A stretch of DNA of 62,838 bases, the filler included, from Chiloscyllium plagiosum (lineage: Eukaryota), in the NCBI RefSeq assembly GCF_004010195.1. It is 5 parts of one record of this genome, joined end to end, with 100 filler letters (N's around TTAATTAATTAA, not from the genome) between each part and the next. Parts side by side here need not be neighbours in the genome. Positions count along the whole stretch, not along the records: positions 27,929 to 48,562 come from NC_057717.1; positions 48,663 to 56,987 come from NC_057717.1; 3 more parts are not named here. One strand, written 5' to 3'. Position numbers and translations under genes: made by a program. The notes beneath the pieces are model-generated. The model did not search any database. It was not told the origin of the DNA and was given only the letters and a program-made list of their open reading frames with translations. Numbering within the stretch: the first letter of the stretch is position 1; every line of letters begins with the position of its first letter. Positions 37,491 through 51,613 of this stretch are shown piece by piece.

Positions 37491-40400
37491 CTACTACTGT
37501 AGTTCCTATTTTATATTTTTCCGATGTTTAATCACGTTGCGGGATGTGAATATTGTTTGGGAAAAGTGCATTGAGATTTCCTCCATGCGCTGGAATTGGG
37601 GAAGGCTCAGTGTGTTGATTGGCCTACTCATTTCCCGATGTTTCTGTGCAGTCTGTGGAAAAGCTCTGTGAATGTTGTCAGAAGCTGTCAGATGTTAAGA
37701 AGGAGGTCTCTGCAGGGACAACAGGAGAGTATTTCCCATTCACTTTTCGAATACTAATGCTGGTGCCGAGTGTTCTGTCTGGGTTTATCCTTTAAGACTT
37801 CAGAGCAGTTTGATGCTATTGAGTGTCTTCCTTGGCAAATTTAGAGACAATTGAAGAGTGCATCACATATCTATGTGTTCGGAGTCAGTTTTAGGCCAGA
37901 CAAGGAAAGCACGGGAGATTCACTTCCTCAAAGTACATTGGGGAAGGCAATTGGTGTTTGCAAATTGGCTTCAAGGTCACTACTANNNNNNNNNNNNNNN
38001 NNNNNNNNNNNNNNNNNNNNNNNNNNNNNNNNNNNNNNNNNNNNNNNNNNNNNNNNNNNNNNNNNNNNNNNNNNNNNNNNNNNNNNNNNNNNNNNNNNNN
38101 NNNNNNNNNNNNNNNNNNNNNNNNNNNNNNNNNNNNNNNNNNNNNNNNNNNNNNNNNNNNNNNNNNNNNNNNNNNNNNNNNNNNNNNNNNNNNNNNNNNN
38201 NNNNNNNNNNNNNNNNNNNNNNNNNNNNNNNNNNNNNNNNNNNNNNNNNNNNNNNNNNNNNNNNNNNNNNNNNNNNNNNNNNNNNNNNNNNNNNNNNNNN
38301 NNNNNNNNNNNNNNNNNNNNNNNNNNNNNNNNNNNNNNNNNNNNNNNNNNNNNNNNNNNNNNNNNNNNNNNNNNNNNNNNNNNNNNNNNNNNNNNNNNNN
38401 NNNNNNNNNNNNNNNNNNNNNNNNNNNNNNNNNNNNNNNNNNNNNNNNNNNNNNNNNNNNNNNNNNNNNNNNNNNNNNNNNNNNNCCTTTGTACCACTGA
38501 GTTTTGTGATCTCTCTCCTTTTATGTAGTTTACTATTGTTTTACCCTTTTGTCACAGCATAAACTTCATTCGTGCAAGTTATACTGTTTCTGCTAAAAGT
38601 TTACACACTAACCTCCCCTGTCTCTACACCATTACAAACTCTCTACCTCCACTTGACATCTTATTGAATTCATATCTTGGTGGATGAGCTAATTGAGGTC
38701 CAATCCAATCAGTCCCCACATCCGAATCATTGACAGGTTCGAAATAGTTGTTGATCTCTCCCTGATCTCAAAGGAACTCCACCACGTTAAAGCTTTCCAA
38801 ATTGAAAACAAACATCAATCCCTACTGTCGATTTCCTGATAGTTACTCAGGGTTCCCTGTTTCTGTGTAGCAGCTTAGAAAGGTTGGATGGCCTCCTCAT
38901 GTGCTGTGTAATATACTCAAATGGCTGAATGACTTTATCATCTTCCTTTGTAAATCCTTAGAGGGCAAGAAAGTCTCCTCGTGTCTCATTGCTGACAGGC
39001 TGAATTGGACCTTCCTCTCCCTCTGTAAAAGAATAGAGGGTTTGAGTGAGAGAACAAGGCATGGGTTAGGAACCGCAGCCGTTCGCGCCTGCTGCTCCAT
39101 ACAGAATGTGCATTGTTGATGAGATTGTAACTAAACATCCCTTTCCTGCCTATTCCCCAATAAGCATAGATTTTTTTGTTCATCAATGATCTATGGAACT
39201 CAATTTTGAATGTTTTTATTAACCCAGTCTTCACTGCTGTTTGGGCGTGGGAACACGACAGATCACACAACCCTAAAGAGAAAGGAACATCCCTGTCTCA
39301 GTCAGAAATGGAAATGCCCTTATTCTTAAAATGTGTCCCCCTCAAGCCAATCACCAATCTTTTAACACAGCGACACAACAATTAGAAACTGATATAGGCC
39401 ATTTAAAACTCGAACCTGTCCATATTTCCTTTAAATACTGACAATCAAATACTTACCAAATTTAGCCTCAACTGAGTTTAGATGAACTCCAGATACCATA
39501 AGCTCAGAAGAGAGTAGGAAATTGGAACATAGAACAGTGCAGCACAGCACAGTCCTTCAGCCTTCGATGTTGTGTCAACCTTTTATCCTAGTCTAAGACT
39601 AAACTAAATTTATTTCATTTTATTATTATCCATGTGTCTATCCAAGAGTTGCTTGAATGTCCCAAATGTATCTGATTCTACTAGCACCGCTGGCTGTGCA
39701 TTCCATGCACCTACCACTATCTGTAGAAAGAAAATACTGTCTCTGGCATCTCCTCTCAGCCTTCCTCCAATCACTTTAAAATTATGCTCCCTGCGTGATA
39801 GCCATTTCCACACCGATAAAAAGTCTCCAGGTGTCCACTCCATCTATGCCTCATCATCTTGCACACCTACATTATGTAGCTCTCAGCCTTCCTCACACCA
39901 ATGAGAAAACCCTAGCTCCCATAGAAATTCTGCACAAGACATGCCTTCCTGCACAGGCAACATCCTGGTAAATCTTGTTTGCACCCTCTGGAAAGCTTCC
40001 AATTTCTTTCCGTAATGGTGCGACCAGAACTCAATACAATACTTCATGTGTGATCTAACCAGGGCTTTATAGAGCTATAGCATAATCTCGCGGCTCTTAA
40101 ACTCAATTTCTCTGTTAACGAAAACCAACTCACCATACTTCTCTTAACACCCCTATCAACGTGAATGGCAACTTGTAGGTACCTAAGGACGTGGAGCCTA
40201 AGATCCGTCTGTTCCTCCACACGGCCAAGAATGCTACCTTTGACCCTGTAATCTGCATTTGAACTCGATCTTCCAAAATGAATCACTTCAGAAAATGGGA
40301 AATTGAAGCAGAATTAAGCCATTCAGCCAATTGGTCCTGCTGTGCCGTTTGAATACGGGTGAAACGTTTCTCAGCCGCATTCTTCTGCCTTCGCCAATTG

Positions 40401-41855
40401 ATCAAATGGTTCCCTTATTAATGAATAACGTATTAATCTCTATCTTAAATAAATTATTTTTTTTCTGTGTGCAGGAGTGTGCATGTGTTAGTGTGTTAGT
40501 GTTGATACCTGTATCTATATGTGCTGTGTGTTTAATGTGTGTATGTCCGTTTGTGTGTATCTCTGTCTGCATCTCTGTCTTTGAATATGTTGGGGTAAAT
40601 CCACTGAAATTGACACCAACACACTCCCCCTTCCTCCATCTCTACTGTCTGTCAATGTCAAGTGTAGAGCTGTATAATGCCATCATCTGCTGTCCCTGGC
40701 TAAATGTCAGATTTTATTCTCTCTCAGATGACATCAAATTCTGTAAATTTCTCAGATTGCACGGCTGCTTGGGTTTTCAAATAACGCCTTTTTAAGCACA
40801 GAGCACTTTCGTCTGATACCTAGTGATATTGTCCTTGAGATATTACTAACATCACTGGGTCAATTTCAGGAATTTTCAATCATTTCTCACTTCTAATTTG
40901 TAAGAGTTCATTACAAAATGTTTCAAGTTAAAGAACGTGTAATAAATGCATTACATCAATTTACACATGTTTCAGTCGACCTTCATTGGATGCAGTTGCA
41001 GTGGAAATACCCTTTATTGTGTCCACTCCGTGTCACGAATAATCTTCAAAAACATATCACTTCCAAGTTGTAGAAGGAGTGCAGACATTACTCTACATGA
41101 GCATTCTCCACTCTTAGGGTCCTCAGTACAATTACGATACTCCCTATACCTGTCTATATGTGTGCGTGCGTGTGTGTGTGGTGATGGTGCTGTCAGTTTG
41201 GATGGTGCTGTGAGCTGGATCCCGCCCAGACTGAAACTCTGATGTGAAAAAGTGAGGTCTGCAGATGCTGGAAATCACAGTGCTGGAAAAGCACAGCAGG
41301 TCAGGCATCTTTCAAGGAGCAGGAAAATTAACGTTTTGGGCTAGAACAATTCACCAGGAATGCCGTCGATGTAGTAGAGTGTGAAGGCCAACCGAGGGGG
41401 GCATTGCTTCACTTTGAACACCACAGGGGCTGAGATATTCGCTATGCACATGGATACACACAGGTACACACAGAGACGAATACAGACAAGCAAAGACGCG
41501 CATAATTGATTATAGATACACACACGAAAAAAACTGACGCAGTAACACAGATACTAATACAGACATACAGAGACACATACCGATACCGACACATACTGAT
41601 ACGCATGCACACACAGATACACAGTCATCAATACAGACATACTATACACACGCTGACACACTGATGTTGATACAGACATCTAGAGTCTGCCAGTATTTAC
41701 TTTTCATGTGGTGACATTCCCAATATTTCACTTGCTCTGTGTGGTGTGTGTTAATATTTCTGTTGCACTGCAGGAAATCCTCTGCACCCTCTCATTAGCT
41801 TCCACAGTTTTCTATCACAAGGCGACCAGAACTGAACACAATGTTCCAAGTGTAG

Positions 41856-42277
41856 TGTTACGTCACGGCGATGAACCCTTCCGCTAATTAAAGCAAACAG
41901 CGAGAAAAGCTCAACTCGCAACGTAAGCTGTTAAAGTACGAGTGACAAATCTCAGATTTCACTCTTTAAGTATAAATAATTTCAATTTATTCCTTAACTC
42001 TAAAAGTGAACATTGAACAACAGCTATTCACAACTCGAAGCCCCTCTTTCTCTGAACTGGTTGTTATTTGCCTCCTTTATAACAACATAATGTTCCAATA
42101 AGAAAAACCCATGTAAAAATTGCATCAACTTAATTTCGAAACCACACGGCATCTGTCATCTCCAGTGCCATCTTTCTTTCAGACGAAGATCTTCCTGGGT
42201 TGTCTTCTGAATTTTAGTGCAAGGATGTTTCATACAAAAACGGTATCTTTGTCAGAGAGACCTTCAACTTCATAACA
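41856..42277. mobile_element. Solo-LTR paralogue with internal deletion
   Basis: TGTTA...TAACA termini; paralogue of 21167-21939. Confidence 0.65.
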
Positions 42278-42398
42278 CTGGTTTATTCCGAGCTTTATAG
42301 AGCTGTAACATAATCTCACAACTCTGAAACTCAGTTCCGTAATTTATGAAAGCCAACACAATATATACTTTCTTAACAACCACATCAAATTGGGTCAA

Positions 42399-42634
42399 GA
42401 TTTGGCTAATGTTGGAAAAGCACAGCAGGTCAGGCAGCATCCGAGGAGCGGGGAAATTGATGTTTTGGGCAGAAGCCGTTCATCAGATAATGAAGAGCGT
42501 CTGCTTGGAAGGTCGATTTTCCTGCTCCTCGGATGCTTCGGGACCTGCTGTGCTTTTCCAAATTACTCCAATATTTTCCAGCACCACTCTAATATTGACT
42601 CTGATATCCAGTATCTGCAGTCCTCGCTTTTGCC
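42399..42634. mobile_element. Penelope-type hairpin element (paralogue of 22061-22275)
   Basis: Same inverted arms. Confidence 0.78.
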
Positions 42635-45600
42635 GATTTACCATCAACCTGGGTAACTGTGAGGGATCTCTGGATATGGACCCCAAGATCCCTCTGTTCC
42701 TCCGCACTGCCAAGAATACTGCCTTTAGCCCAATATTCTACATTCAAATTCGACCTCCAAAGTGAATGTTTCCAGGTTTCACTTGATCTGCTTCTCATCA
42801 GCTCAGTTCTGAATCCTGTCAATGTTCCATTGCAACTTACAACATATCTCAACATTATCCAGAACTCCATCAACCTTTGTGTTATTGGCAGACGTACTAA
42901 TCCGCTCTTCCACTTCCTCTTCCAAGCCATTAGTAAAACTCCCAAAGAGCAGAAGTCCTAAAACTGATTCTGCGGGACACCATTAATCACAGAGCTCCAG
43001 ACTGAATGCTTTCTATCTACTACCAACCTCAGTCTTCTATGGGCCAGGAATTGTGTATCCAGACTTTCAAATTTCCCTGCATCCCATGCCTACGTATTTT
43101 CTGAATGAGCCTACTGTGGGTAACTTTATCAAACGTCTTGCTTAAATCTATATACACCGCATCCATTGATCTACCTTCATAAATGTGTTTTGTCACATCC
43201 TCAAATGATTCAAAAAGATTCGTGAGGCATGACCTGCCCCTCACAAAGGCATACCGACTATCTCTATCAAACGATGTTTGTTTTCCACGTAATCATAAGT
43301 CATGTCTCTCAGAATCCTCTCCAATACTTTGCCCACCACTGTCGTAAGTCTGATTCGTCTATAATTCCCAAGATTATCCCCATTCCATTGCTTGAACAAG
43401 AGAATAACATTTCCCAACCTCTTTTCATCTGGCCTGACTCCAGTAGACAGTGAGGATGCAAAGATCATTGCCAAACGTGCAGCAATGTCTTCTCTCGTTT
43501 CCTGTAGCATCCTTGCTTATATTCTGTTTGGCCAAGGAGAATTATCTATTCTTGTGTTTCTCAAATGTTTCGTCACATCCTCCTGTTTTAGCATATCAGC
43601 CTGTTTCACGCTCTCCCCATAAACATCAATGCCCCTCTAAGTAGTGAATACTGAAGCAAAGCTTTCATTAAGGACCTCTCCTACCTCTTCCAACCCATGA
43701 CGCAAATTGCCACCACAGCCCTTTGACTGGAAGAGCCCAGAAAAGAACTTCATGAATGCTGCATTAATCTTTCTGGGATCGCAGGTGATTTTAACAGCAC
43801 AAGCACTAATGGATGTGATAGACTGGGGGCAATCCTCTTTCTGGCCAAGTATGCCAGATATCTACCCGGGTTATCACATTAATCGAATACCCTCTGTTTC
43901 GGAAATGAGATCGCTCTTTTTGCTGTCTGGGTGACAGCAACGTTCAGAGCAGCCCGGAGCATTGTAATCTGCTGCAACTTAGTTACAGACGGTCTGTCAA
44001 AATACTCTCTGTCTACTGCTGCTCTCCCTTCTACCACTTCCGAATCGCCGAGTAAGAAATAATCAAACCCTTTGCATAGGCCTTCGCAGCCTCCTAAAGC
44101 ACCGTCGGATTACTGGCCGTCCAAATTGATGTACAAAAACCTTTACATCCCATGAAAAATATTCAATAACAAAGCAAATCTTAGCAGGACTTATACACTT
44201 AATGGCAAGGTGCTAGGGAGTGTTGCTGGACAAAGAGACCTTGGAGTGCAGGTTCATAGTTCCTTGAAAGTGGAGTCGCAGGTAGATGCGATAGTGAGAA
44301 AGGCGTTTGGTATGCTTTCCTTTCTTGGTCANNNNNNNNNNNNNNNNNNNNNNNNNNNNNNNNNNNNNNNNNNNNNNNNNNNNNNNNNNNNNNNNNNNNN
44401 NNNNNNNNNNNNNNNNNNNNNNNNNNNNNNNNNNNNNNNNNNNNNNNNNNNNNNNNNNNNNNNNNNNNNNNNNNNNNNNNNNNNNNNNNNNNNNNNNNNN
44501 NNNNNNNNNNNNNNNNNNNNNNNNNNNNNNNNNNNNNNNNNNNNNNNNNNNNNNNNNNNNNNNNNNNNNNNNNNNNNNNNNNNNNNNNNNNNNNNNNNNN
44601 NNNNNNNNNNNNNNNNNNNNNNNNNNNNNNNNNNNNNNNNNNNNNNNNNNNNNNNNNNNNNNNNNNNNNNNNNNNNNNNNNNNNNNNNNNNNNNNNNNNN
44701 NNNNNNNNNNNNNNNNNNNNNNNNNNNNNNNNNNNNNNNNNNNNNNNNNNNNNNNNNNNNNNNNNNNNNNNNNNNNNNNNNNNNNNNNNNNNNNNNNNNN
44801 NNNNNNNNNNNNNNNNNNNNNNNNNNNNNNNNNNNNNNNNNNNNNNNNNNNNNNNNNNNNNNNNNNNNNNNNNNNNNNNNNNNNNNNNNNNNNNNNNNNN
44901 NNNNNNNNNNNNNNNNNNNNNNNNNNNNNNNNNNNNNNNNNNNNNNNNNNNNNNNNNNNNNNNNNNNNNNNNNNNNNNNNNNNNNNNNNNNNNNNNNNNN
45001 NNNNNNNNNNNNNNNNNNNNNNNNNNNNNNNNNNNNNNNNNNNNNNNNNNNNNNNNNNNNNNNNNNNNNNNNNNNNNNNNNNNNNNNNNNNNNNNNNNNN
45101 NNNNNNNNNNNNNNNNNNNNNNNNNNNNNNNNNNNNNNNNNNNNNNNNNNNNNNNNNNNNNNNNNNNNNNNNNNNNNNNNNNNNNNNNNNNNNNNNNNNN
45201 NNNNNNNNNNNNNNNNNNNNNNNNNNNNNNNNNNNNNNNNNNNNNNNNNNNNNNNNNNNNNNNNNNNNNNNNNNNNNNNNNNNNNNNNNNNCTCTATGAC
45301 TAGCTATCCTTCAGGAGGAAGGTATCCATGCACCACTGCTGCGAACCTGTCCCATCGCCACCCTCCCAAATCTCCATGTACACTGTCGCATGATCAGAAA
45401 TGGGTATGGTCCCAATTCTACAGGACAGCGCTGAATTCAAAAAGGCCACTGGGGCAAAAACATGTCAATCCTGGTTTGGCACTTATGTGGGTTAGGTAAA
45501 AAGGTGAAGTCCCTTCCCTAAAGGTGAACAATCTCCACACATCCACCAAGCCCAGCTCCCTGTTTAGATCCACCATCTGCCTAGATTGCAGGGAAATATC

Positions 45601-45747
45601 GTCAAGAACCCGTAAGACCCTATCCACCTTGGGATCCATATATCGGTTAAAGTCTCCCCCTAAAATTGTATGACGTCCCCCAAGGGCCATCAACCTGGAG
45701 AGTGCATCCGTTAATTTGAAGGGTGTACCAGGGGCAGGATGGAGGAC

Positions 45748-45958
45748 GGGAAAACATTCTGGCTGAACAGCTGCTCCTTTTTTTGAGGTAGTTCAGATGC
45801 TGGAGGTGATTTCCTCTAATTCCAGGAGCAGCAATTACTGTTTTATATGCTGTTGCATTGTTTTTGAACTTTGGGGGAAAAAAACAATGTCAAAAGAACA
45901 GCAGTTTCAAAAGCGGGAAGAACGGACAAAAAAAGCACACGGTTAAGTCAGCGGAGGG

Positions 45959-45990
<32 letters not shown>

Positions 45991-48562
45991 ACCTGCACAG
46001 TTACTGCCTTTGCTGTTTTTGAATTCATGTATCGTTGGACATCGGAGTGCGCCTGCAAAAACTAACAAACAGTGAATTTCACGACTAATCTTGGAGAAAC
46101 CTGTTTGGGCGAAATTCACAACACAGAATCAGATAGGTTAATCGTTGATTTAGTTCTGTACAATAGAAAGGCTGCAGTAGTGAGTATAGTGGGATCTTTC
46201 TTGATTATATGTTTTTTGTAGATAAGTCTCTTGATTAAACTTAAAATAAAAGCCATAGCTATTAATTTAACCTGGTGCAGTGTTTTGTAGAGGAATAAGA
46301 CGGTGTTATTTCCTGGGTCTGTAAATTGTGAAAGTGCAAAACTGGCCTTTGCAATGATATGCACTTCTTGTCAGATGTGGGAGTTTAAAGAGAGTTTAAG
46401 GGTTACTTCGGATTATATCTGCCATAAATGTTGTTGGATGCGAGTCTTACCAGATCAAATGGATCGGTTGGATAGACATTTAGAAGCGATGAGGAATTTG
46501 CAACAGCAACAGTATGTGATGGATGGCAGTTATAGGAAGGGGGAAAGTCTCAGATACAGTCACATAGATGGGTTAACTCCAAGAAGGGTAAGAGAGGTCG
46601 GCACCTAGGGCAGAAGTCTTTTGTGGATGTACCCATTTCAAACAGGTATGCTGTTTTGGAAAATGTAGGGGGTGATGGATTCTCAGGGGAACGTAGCACG
46701 AACAGTCAAGTTTCTGGTATTGAGACTGGCTCTAACGCAACGAGTGGTACATCGGCTTCCAAGAGATCAATTGTGTTAGGGGGTTCTGTAGTCCGAGGGA
46801 CAGACAGACGTTTCTGTGGCCATTAGAGAAAAAGCAGAATGGAGTGTTGTTTCCCTGGTGCCAGAATCAAGGATGTCTCGGAGAGAGTACAGAATATTCT
46901 CACGGGGGGAAGAGGGTTCAGCGAGAGGTCATTGTCAAGATTGGACCAACGATATAGGAAGGGAAAAGGTTGAGACTCTGAAGTGAGATTGGAGAGAGTT
47001 GGGCAAAAATTTAAAATGAAGTCCTCAAGGGTAGTAATATCTGGATTACTCCCAGCGCTACGAGCTAGGGAGGGCAGGAATAGGAGGATAGAGCAGATGA
47101 ATGCATGCCTGAGGAGCTGATGCATGAGAGAAGGACTCAAATTTTTGAATCATTGGAATCTCTTTTGGGGTAGAAGTGACCTGTACAAGAAGGACAGATT
47201 GCACCTAAATTGGAAGGGGAGTAATATACTGACAGGGAAATTTGCTGGAACTGCTCGGGAGGATTTAAACTAGTAAGGTGTGGGGGGTGGGGGGATCCAC
47301 GGAGATACTCAGAAAAGAGATTAATCTGAGACTGTTGAGAACAGAAATCAATCAAACAGTCAGCGCAGGCAGGGACAATGTAGGACTGATAAATTAAACT
47401 GCATGTATTCAATGCAAGGTGCCTAACAGGGAAGGCAGATGAACTCAGGGCATAGTTAGGAACATGGGACTGGGATATCATGGCAATTACAGAAACATGG
47501 CTTAGGGATGGGCAGGACTGGCAGCTTAATGTTCCAGGAAGTATAGAAAGGGACGCAAGAGAGGAGGGCGAGTGGCATTTTTGATAAGGGATCGCATTAC
47601 AGCTGTGCTGAGGGAGGATATTCCAGGAAATATATCCAGGGACGTTATTTGGGTGGAACTGAGAAATAAGGAAGAAATTATCACCTTTTTGGGATTGTAT
47701 TATAGAACACCAATAGTCAAATGGAAATTGAAAAACAAACTTGTCGGGATATCTCAGCTATCCGTAAGAATAATAGGGTAGGTATAGTAGAGGATTTTTA
47801 ACTTTCCAAACATAGACTGGGACTTCCAATTTGTTAAAGTATTCGATGGAGAGGCATTTCTTAAGAGCGTACAAGATAATTTTCAGATTCAATACGTGGA
47901 TATACCTACTACAGAAGGTGCAAAACCTGACCTACTCTTGGATATACCTACTCGAGAAGGTACAAAACTACCTACAGAGATTAGGTGACTGAGGTGTCAG
48001 TGGGGGAGAAATGTGGGGCCAGCGAACACAATTCTATTCGGTTTAAAATAGAGATAGAAAAGGATAGACCAGATCTAAAGTAAGTGCGTACAAGATAATT
48101 TTCAGATTCAATCCGTGGATATACCTACTAGAGAAGGTGCAAAACTTGACCTACTCTTGAATATACCTACTAGAGAAGGTGCAAAACTACCTACACAGAT
48201 TAGGTGACTGAGGTGTCAGTGGGGGAGAAATGTGGGGCTAGCGACCACAATTCTATTCGTTTTAAAATAGTGATAGAAAAGGATAGACCAGATCTAAAAG
48301 TTGAAGTTCTAAATTGGAGAAAGGCCAATTTTGACGGTATTAGGCAAGTACTTTCGAAAGCTGATTGCAGGCAGATTTTGGCAGGTAAAGGGATGGCTGG
48401 AAAATGGGAAGCCTTCAGAAATGAGATAACAAGAATCCAGAGAAAGTATATTCCTGTCAGGGTGAAATGAAAGGCTGGTAGGTATAGGGAATGCTGGATA
48501 ACTAAAGAAATTGAGGGTTTGGTTAAGAAAAAGAAGGAAGCATATGTCAGGTATAGACAGGA
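45748..48562 (+). mobile_element. CR1 5' half (paralogue of 28385-30986), cut by gap
   Basis: ORF1 MICTSCQMWEF...DYICHKC and endonuclease region. Confidence 0.9.
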
Positions 48563-48662
48563 NNNNNNNNNNNNNNNNNNNNNNNNNNNNNNNNNNNNNN
48601 NNNNNNTTAATTAATTAANNNNNNNNNNNNNNNNNNNNNNNNNNNNNNNNNNNNNNNNNNNN
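48563..48662. other. Assembly gap with TTAATTAATTAA linker
   Basis: 100-bp N/linker construct. Confidence 0.97.
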
Positions 48663-49370
48663 AGGGAGATACAGATCGTTTTCAATGTTACAACTCCCCA
48701 CTTGCTGAGTCTATATACACTGTTCAACGTGCCAATTCCATTCCCAGTAGAAACTTCTGGCTTCAGAACTCACTGCCTTACATGGACTCGGAGGGCTGCA
48801 CAGAAATAAAACAAAAATGCAGCTAAAGTTCCTTTAGAGATCAACATTTTTCAACTACTCCCTTTGCAAATGATAGGCTGCCATTCTATTGTTCCCATCA
48901 AAGTGCACAACACCTCACCTCTCCCATTGCTCTCCATCTACCACGTATTTTCCCAGTCATTCCAATTGTCTCAACTGCATGACCTCACACTCAGAATCCT
49001 CTCCAATACTTTGCCCAAAGCTGTAATTCCCAGGATTATTCTTATTCCCTTTCCTGAACAAGGAATTAACATTTGTCGCCCCCCCCCCATGATCTGGCAA
49101 TACTTCAGTGGACGGTGAGGATGCAAAGATCATCGCTAAAGGCGCCACTTCCTGTGATAACCTCGGGTGCTTCCTGTCTGACCCAGGGGATTTATCTATT
49201 GTTATATTTGTACTTCAACCAATCTGCACTCCATCTCGCATTGTCTACTCCCTGCCCAACCAATTGACTGTTTGACAGATTTCCATTTCAGGGCTGCCCT
49301 CCTGAGCAAATACAGTTCACAATATCCTGTCAATCACGGAATGGAAAAAAATGTAAAGGCACCAATGACT

Positions 49371-49490
49371 TCCTGATGAAGGTCTTCTGCCCGTAGTTTT
49401 CACTCTCCAGCTCCTCGAGATCATGTTGCATAACCAACGCCACACTTTTCGACTCTGATCTCCAGCAACTGCAGTCCTAATTTCTCCATT
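49371..49490 (+). mobile_element. Penelope-type terminal repeat fragment
   Basis: TTCCTGATGAAGGTCTTCTGCCCG...CTCTGATCTCCAGCAACTGCAGTCCT. Confidence 0.65.
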
Positions 49491-49699
49491 ATTGAGGGCT
49501 GACTCCTCTGCACACTGAACAGGGAATTAATCACCAGGGATTCATTGTATGTGGAGCTGACTGCTGAGTACTAGAATGTTGCATTTGATGAATTCATTAA
49601 TTAAAAAAAAGGAATTACAATTCCACAGTTCCAGAGTTACAGTTTGTTTCATGGATTATGCAGCTTGATAACAAACAGTAAACGATTGGTGAACTCCGA

Positions 49700-51330
49700 G
49701 TTACAGTGTATTCCACGTGTAAAATTCCAGGATGATGTTCTTTACCTTAATGTTGCGAATATTATCAGATAGACAGTTGTGATAATGGAACAAGGTGACA
49801 TCTGGAAGTGTTACATTTTTTGACATCACAGAGACGTGTCTGAGGAAGGTCAGGGCTGGCAACTCAATATTCTGTGGTACAAAAATGAGAAGCAGGGCAG
49901 GAGAGGGAAAAAAGAGGAGGTGGGATTGCATTGTTAATTATGGAGTCAATGACTGCAGGAAGAAGGGACGATACATTGGAAGAATCTTCTAATGACACTT
50001 TGCGTGTAGAGCTCAGGATCAAATCCATGACAGACACACTGCTGGGGATATATTATAGAACCCCACACAAAAGAAAATACTGGAGCAGATATAAAACCAA
50101 TTTACTGAGGTGTGTAAATATAACAATAGGATCATTATATTCATGCATTTCATTTCCAAATATTCATTAGGGCAGTGATAACTTTATAAGGCGGGGAAGA
50201 TGTCTTGAAATTTAATCCAGAGAGGTTCTCATATCAACATGGAGCATATACAACAATGGGCGGTGATGTGCTAGCAATCACTGTGGGGAATGAAGCCAGT
50301 TAGTTATTGTAGGCAGGATTGGGAAAGCATTGTAGCAACAGTGACTGTTACTCATGCATTTTTAGTTTGTTAAGGAAAAGTCCAAAAGAAAAAACGCCGA
50401 AAAATAAAAGATTTTTGGACTGCTGAGGCAGATTGTATTAAAAATAAGTCATGATCTGCCCATAGTACAGTTACTTCTGTGTGAAACTGTAGCAGAAGAG
50501 CGTGGGGGTGGGGGTCACATTGTCAAAATGGATTCGATGCCAGTGTCACCACAACATGTTACACTGAAGATGAAATTTAGGGAAACAAGACAGGAGTACC
50601 TTGAATGTCTACAAATATTCAAAATGGAATTAAAAATTATAGATATGCTTAAAACAGTTCTAACGTGAGCAGTTCAATGGAGATCCCAGAAGAGTAGCGA
50701 ACGTATAGGGATAAACTCAAGAAAGTAAGTAGAAGAGCAAAAATGGCAATGATAAAAACATTATCTGGCAATATTTTCAAGAATTCAACGACATTTTATC
50801 GGTGTATTAAGGGTAATAGGGTAACAAGACAAAGAATGGGGTGTATTAGGGACCGAGGAAGCAGTCTGTGCACAGAGCCAGAGAATATGTTAAACATGTA
50901 TGACTTATCAGTCTTTGCTTTGGAGAAGCAGTTCCTGGATTCACTGTCAGTTCCTGACAGTGTGTCTTTGAGCAGATTGACACAGATGCTGAGAAAGAAT
51001 TGGAAGTTGATGCAGGACTAAAAGTGGGCTAATCCCTAGATCTGGATGTACTGCAAATTAGAATAATGTGGAAGATGAGGGAGGAGATTACAGGCTCTTA
51101 AATTTTGTGTTTTTTTTTTGTTTTGGCTCTGGCCACCGAGGAGGTGTGATCGAAGAGGACAAAATCTAATGAAAGTTCAACTTCCATGCAGAGTGCTAGA
51201 AAATATCCATGGGGACTAAAGATCACCAAGTCTCACATCAATGGGAGGGACACCATTGTGCAAAATTGTGAAGGCTGCTTTGGCTGGATCACTAAATATC
51301 TTCAAGGCTGAGATGGACAGATTTTTATCA
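49700..51330 (+). mobile_element. Old CR1 ORF2 remnant
   Basis: DITETCL; TLLGIYYRTP; FYRCIKG.RVTRQRMG; SLNIFKAEMDRFL. Confidence 0.75.
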
Positions 51331-51353
51331 AGGGTGTCATCTGTTCTTATTAG
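51327..51353 (+). pseudogene. U2 snRNA-derived fragment
   Basis: ATCAAGGGTGTCATCTGTTCTTATTAG vs U2 ATCAAGTGTAGTATCTGTTCTTATCAG. Confidence 0.6.
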
Positions 51354-51532
51354 AACGACAGCAAAGACCAGAGGAATGCGTCAATGCCAATTGGCTGTCA
51401 GGGTGAAGATTTGCATCAGCGCAGTCAACACTACTCGAGGGAAGACCTCTGCAACACATCTTCCATGGGCACGCATGAACCTGATGTCAAGGAGTGCTTA
51501 AGGCCTAAATATCCCATCACTGGTTTCCCTCG

Positions 51533-51580
51533 TTTCCTGGCAGGGGAGATAACATGATCAATAAGGTGGCTCTTCCCAAG
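51533..51580 (+). pseudogene. U1 snRNA 5' fragment (~48 nt)
   Basis: TTTCCTGGCAGGGGAGATAACATGATCAATAAGGTGGCTCTTCCCAAG vs U1 TTACCTGGCAGGGGAGATACCATGATCACGAAGGTGGTTTTCCCAGG. Confidence 0.85.
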
Positions 51581-51585
51581 AAAAT

Positions 51586-51613
51586 TGTAGTATCAAGTGT
51601 CTGTTCTTATTAG
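51586..51613 (+). pseudogene. U2 snRNA-derived fragment (Keno target sequence)
   Basis: TGTAGTATCAAGTGTCTGTTCTTATTAG contains U2 pieces TGTAGTATC, ATCAAGTGT and TCTGTTCTTAT.AG. Confidence 0.75.

Larger units (their letters stand above)
38486..48562 (+). repeat. Segmental duplication, copy B (both ends at gaps)
   Basis: Matches 17798-30986 apart from loss of ~21572-21921 and ~23320-27048 and a local duplication near 47870-48300. Confidence 0.95.

Noticed and set aside
37851..45499. Long ORFs containing X runs (also 4041-5291 and 8185-8857)
   Set aside because: Open only because they cross N gaps.
51533..51613. Functional U1 or U2 snRNA genes
   Set aside because: Only short 5' fragments, with a mutated U1 splice-site-pairing end and no Sm site or 3' stem-loops.
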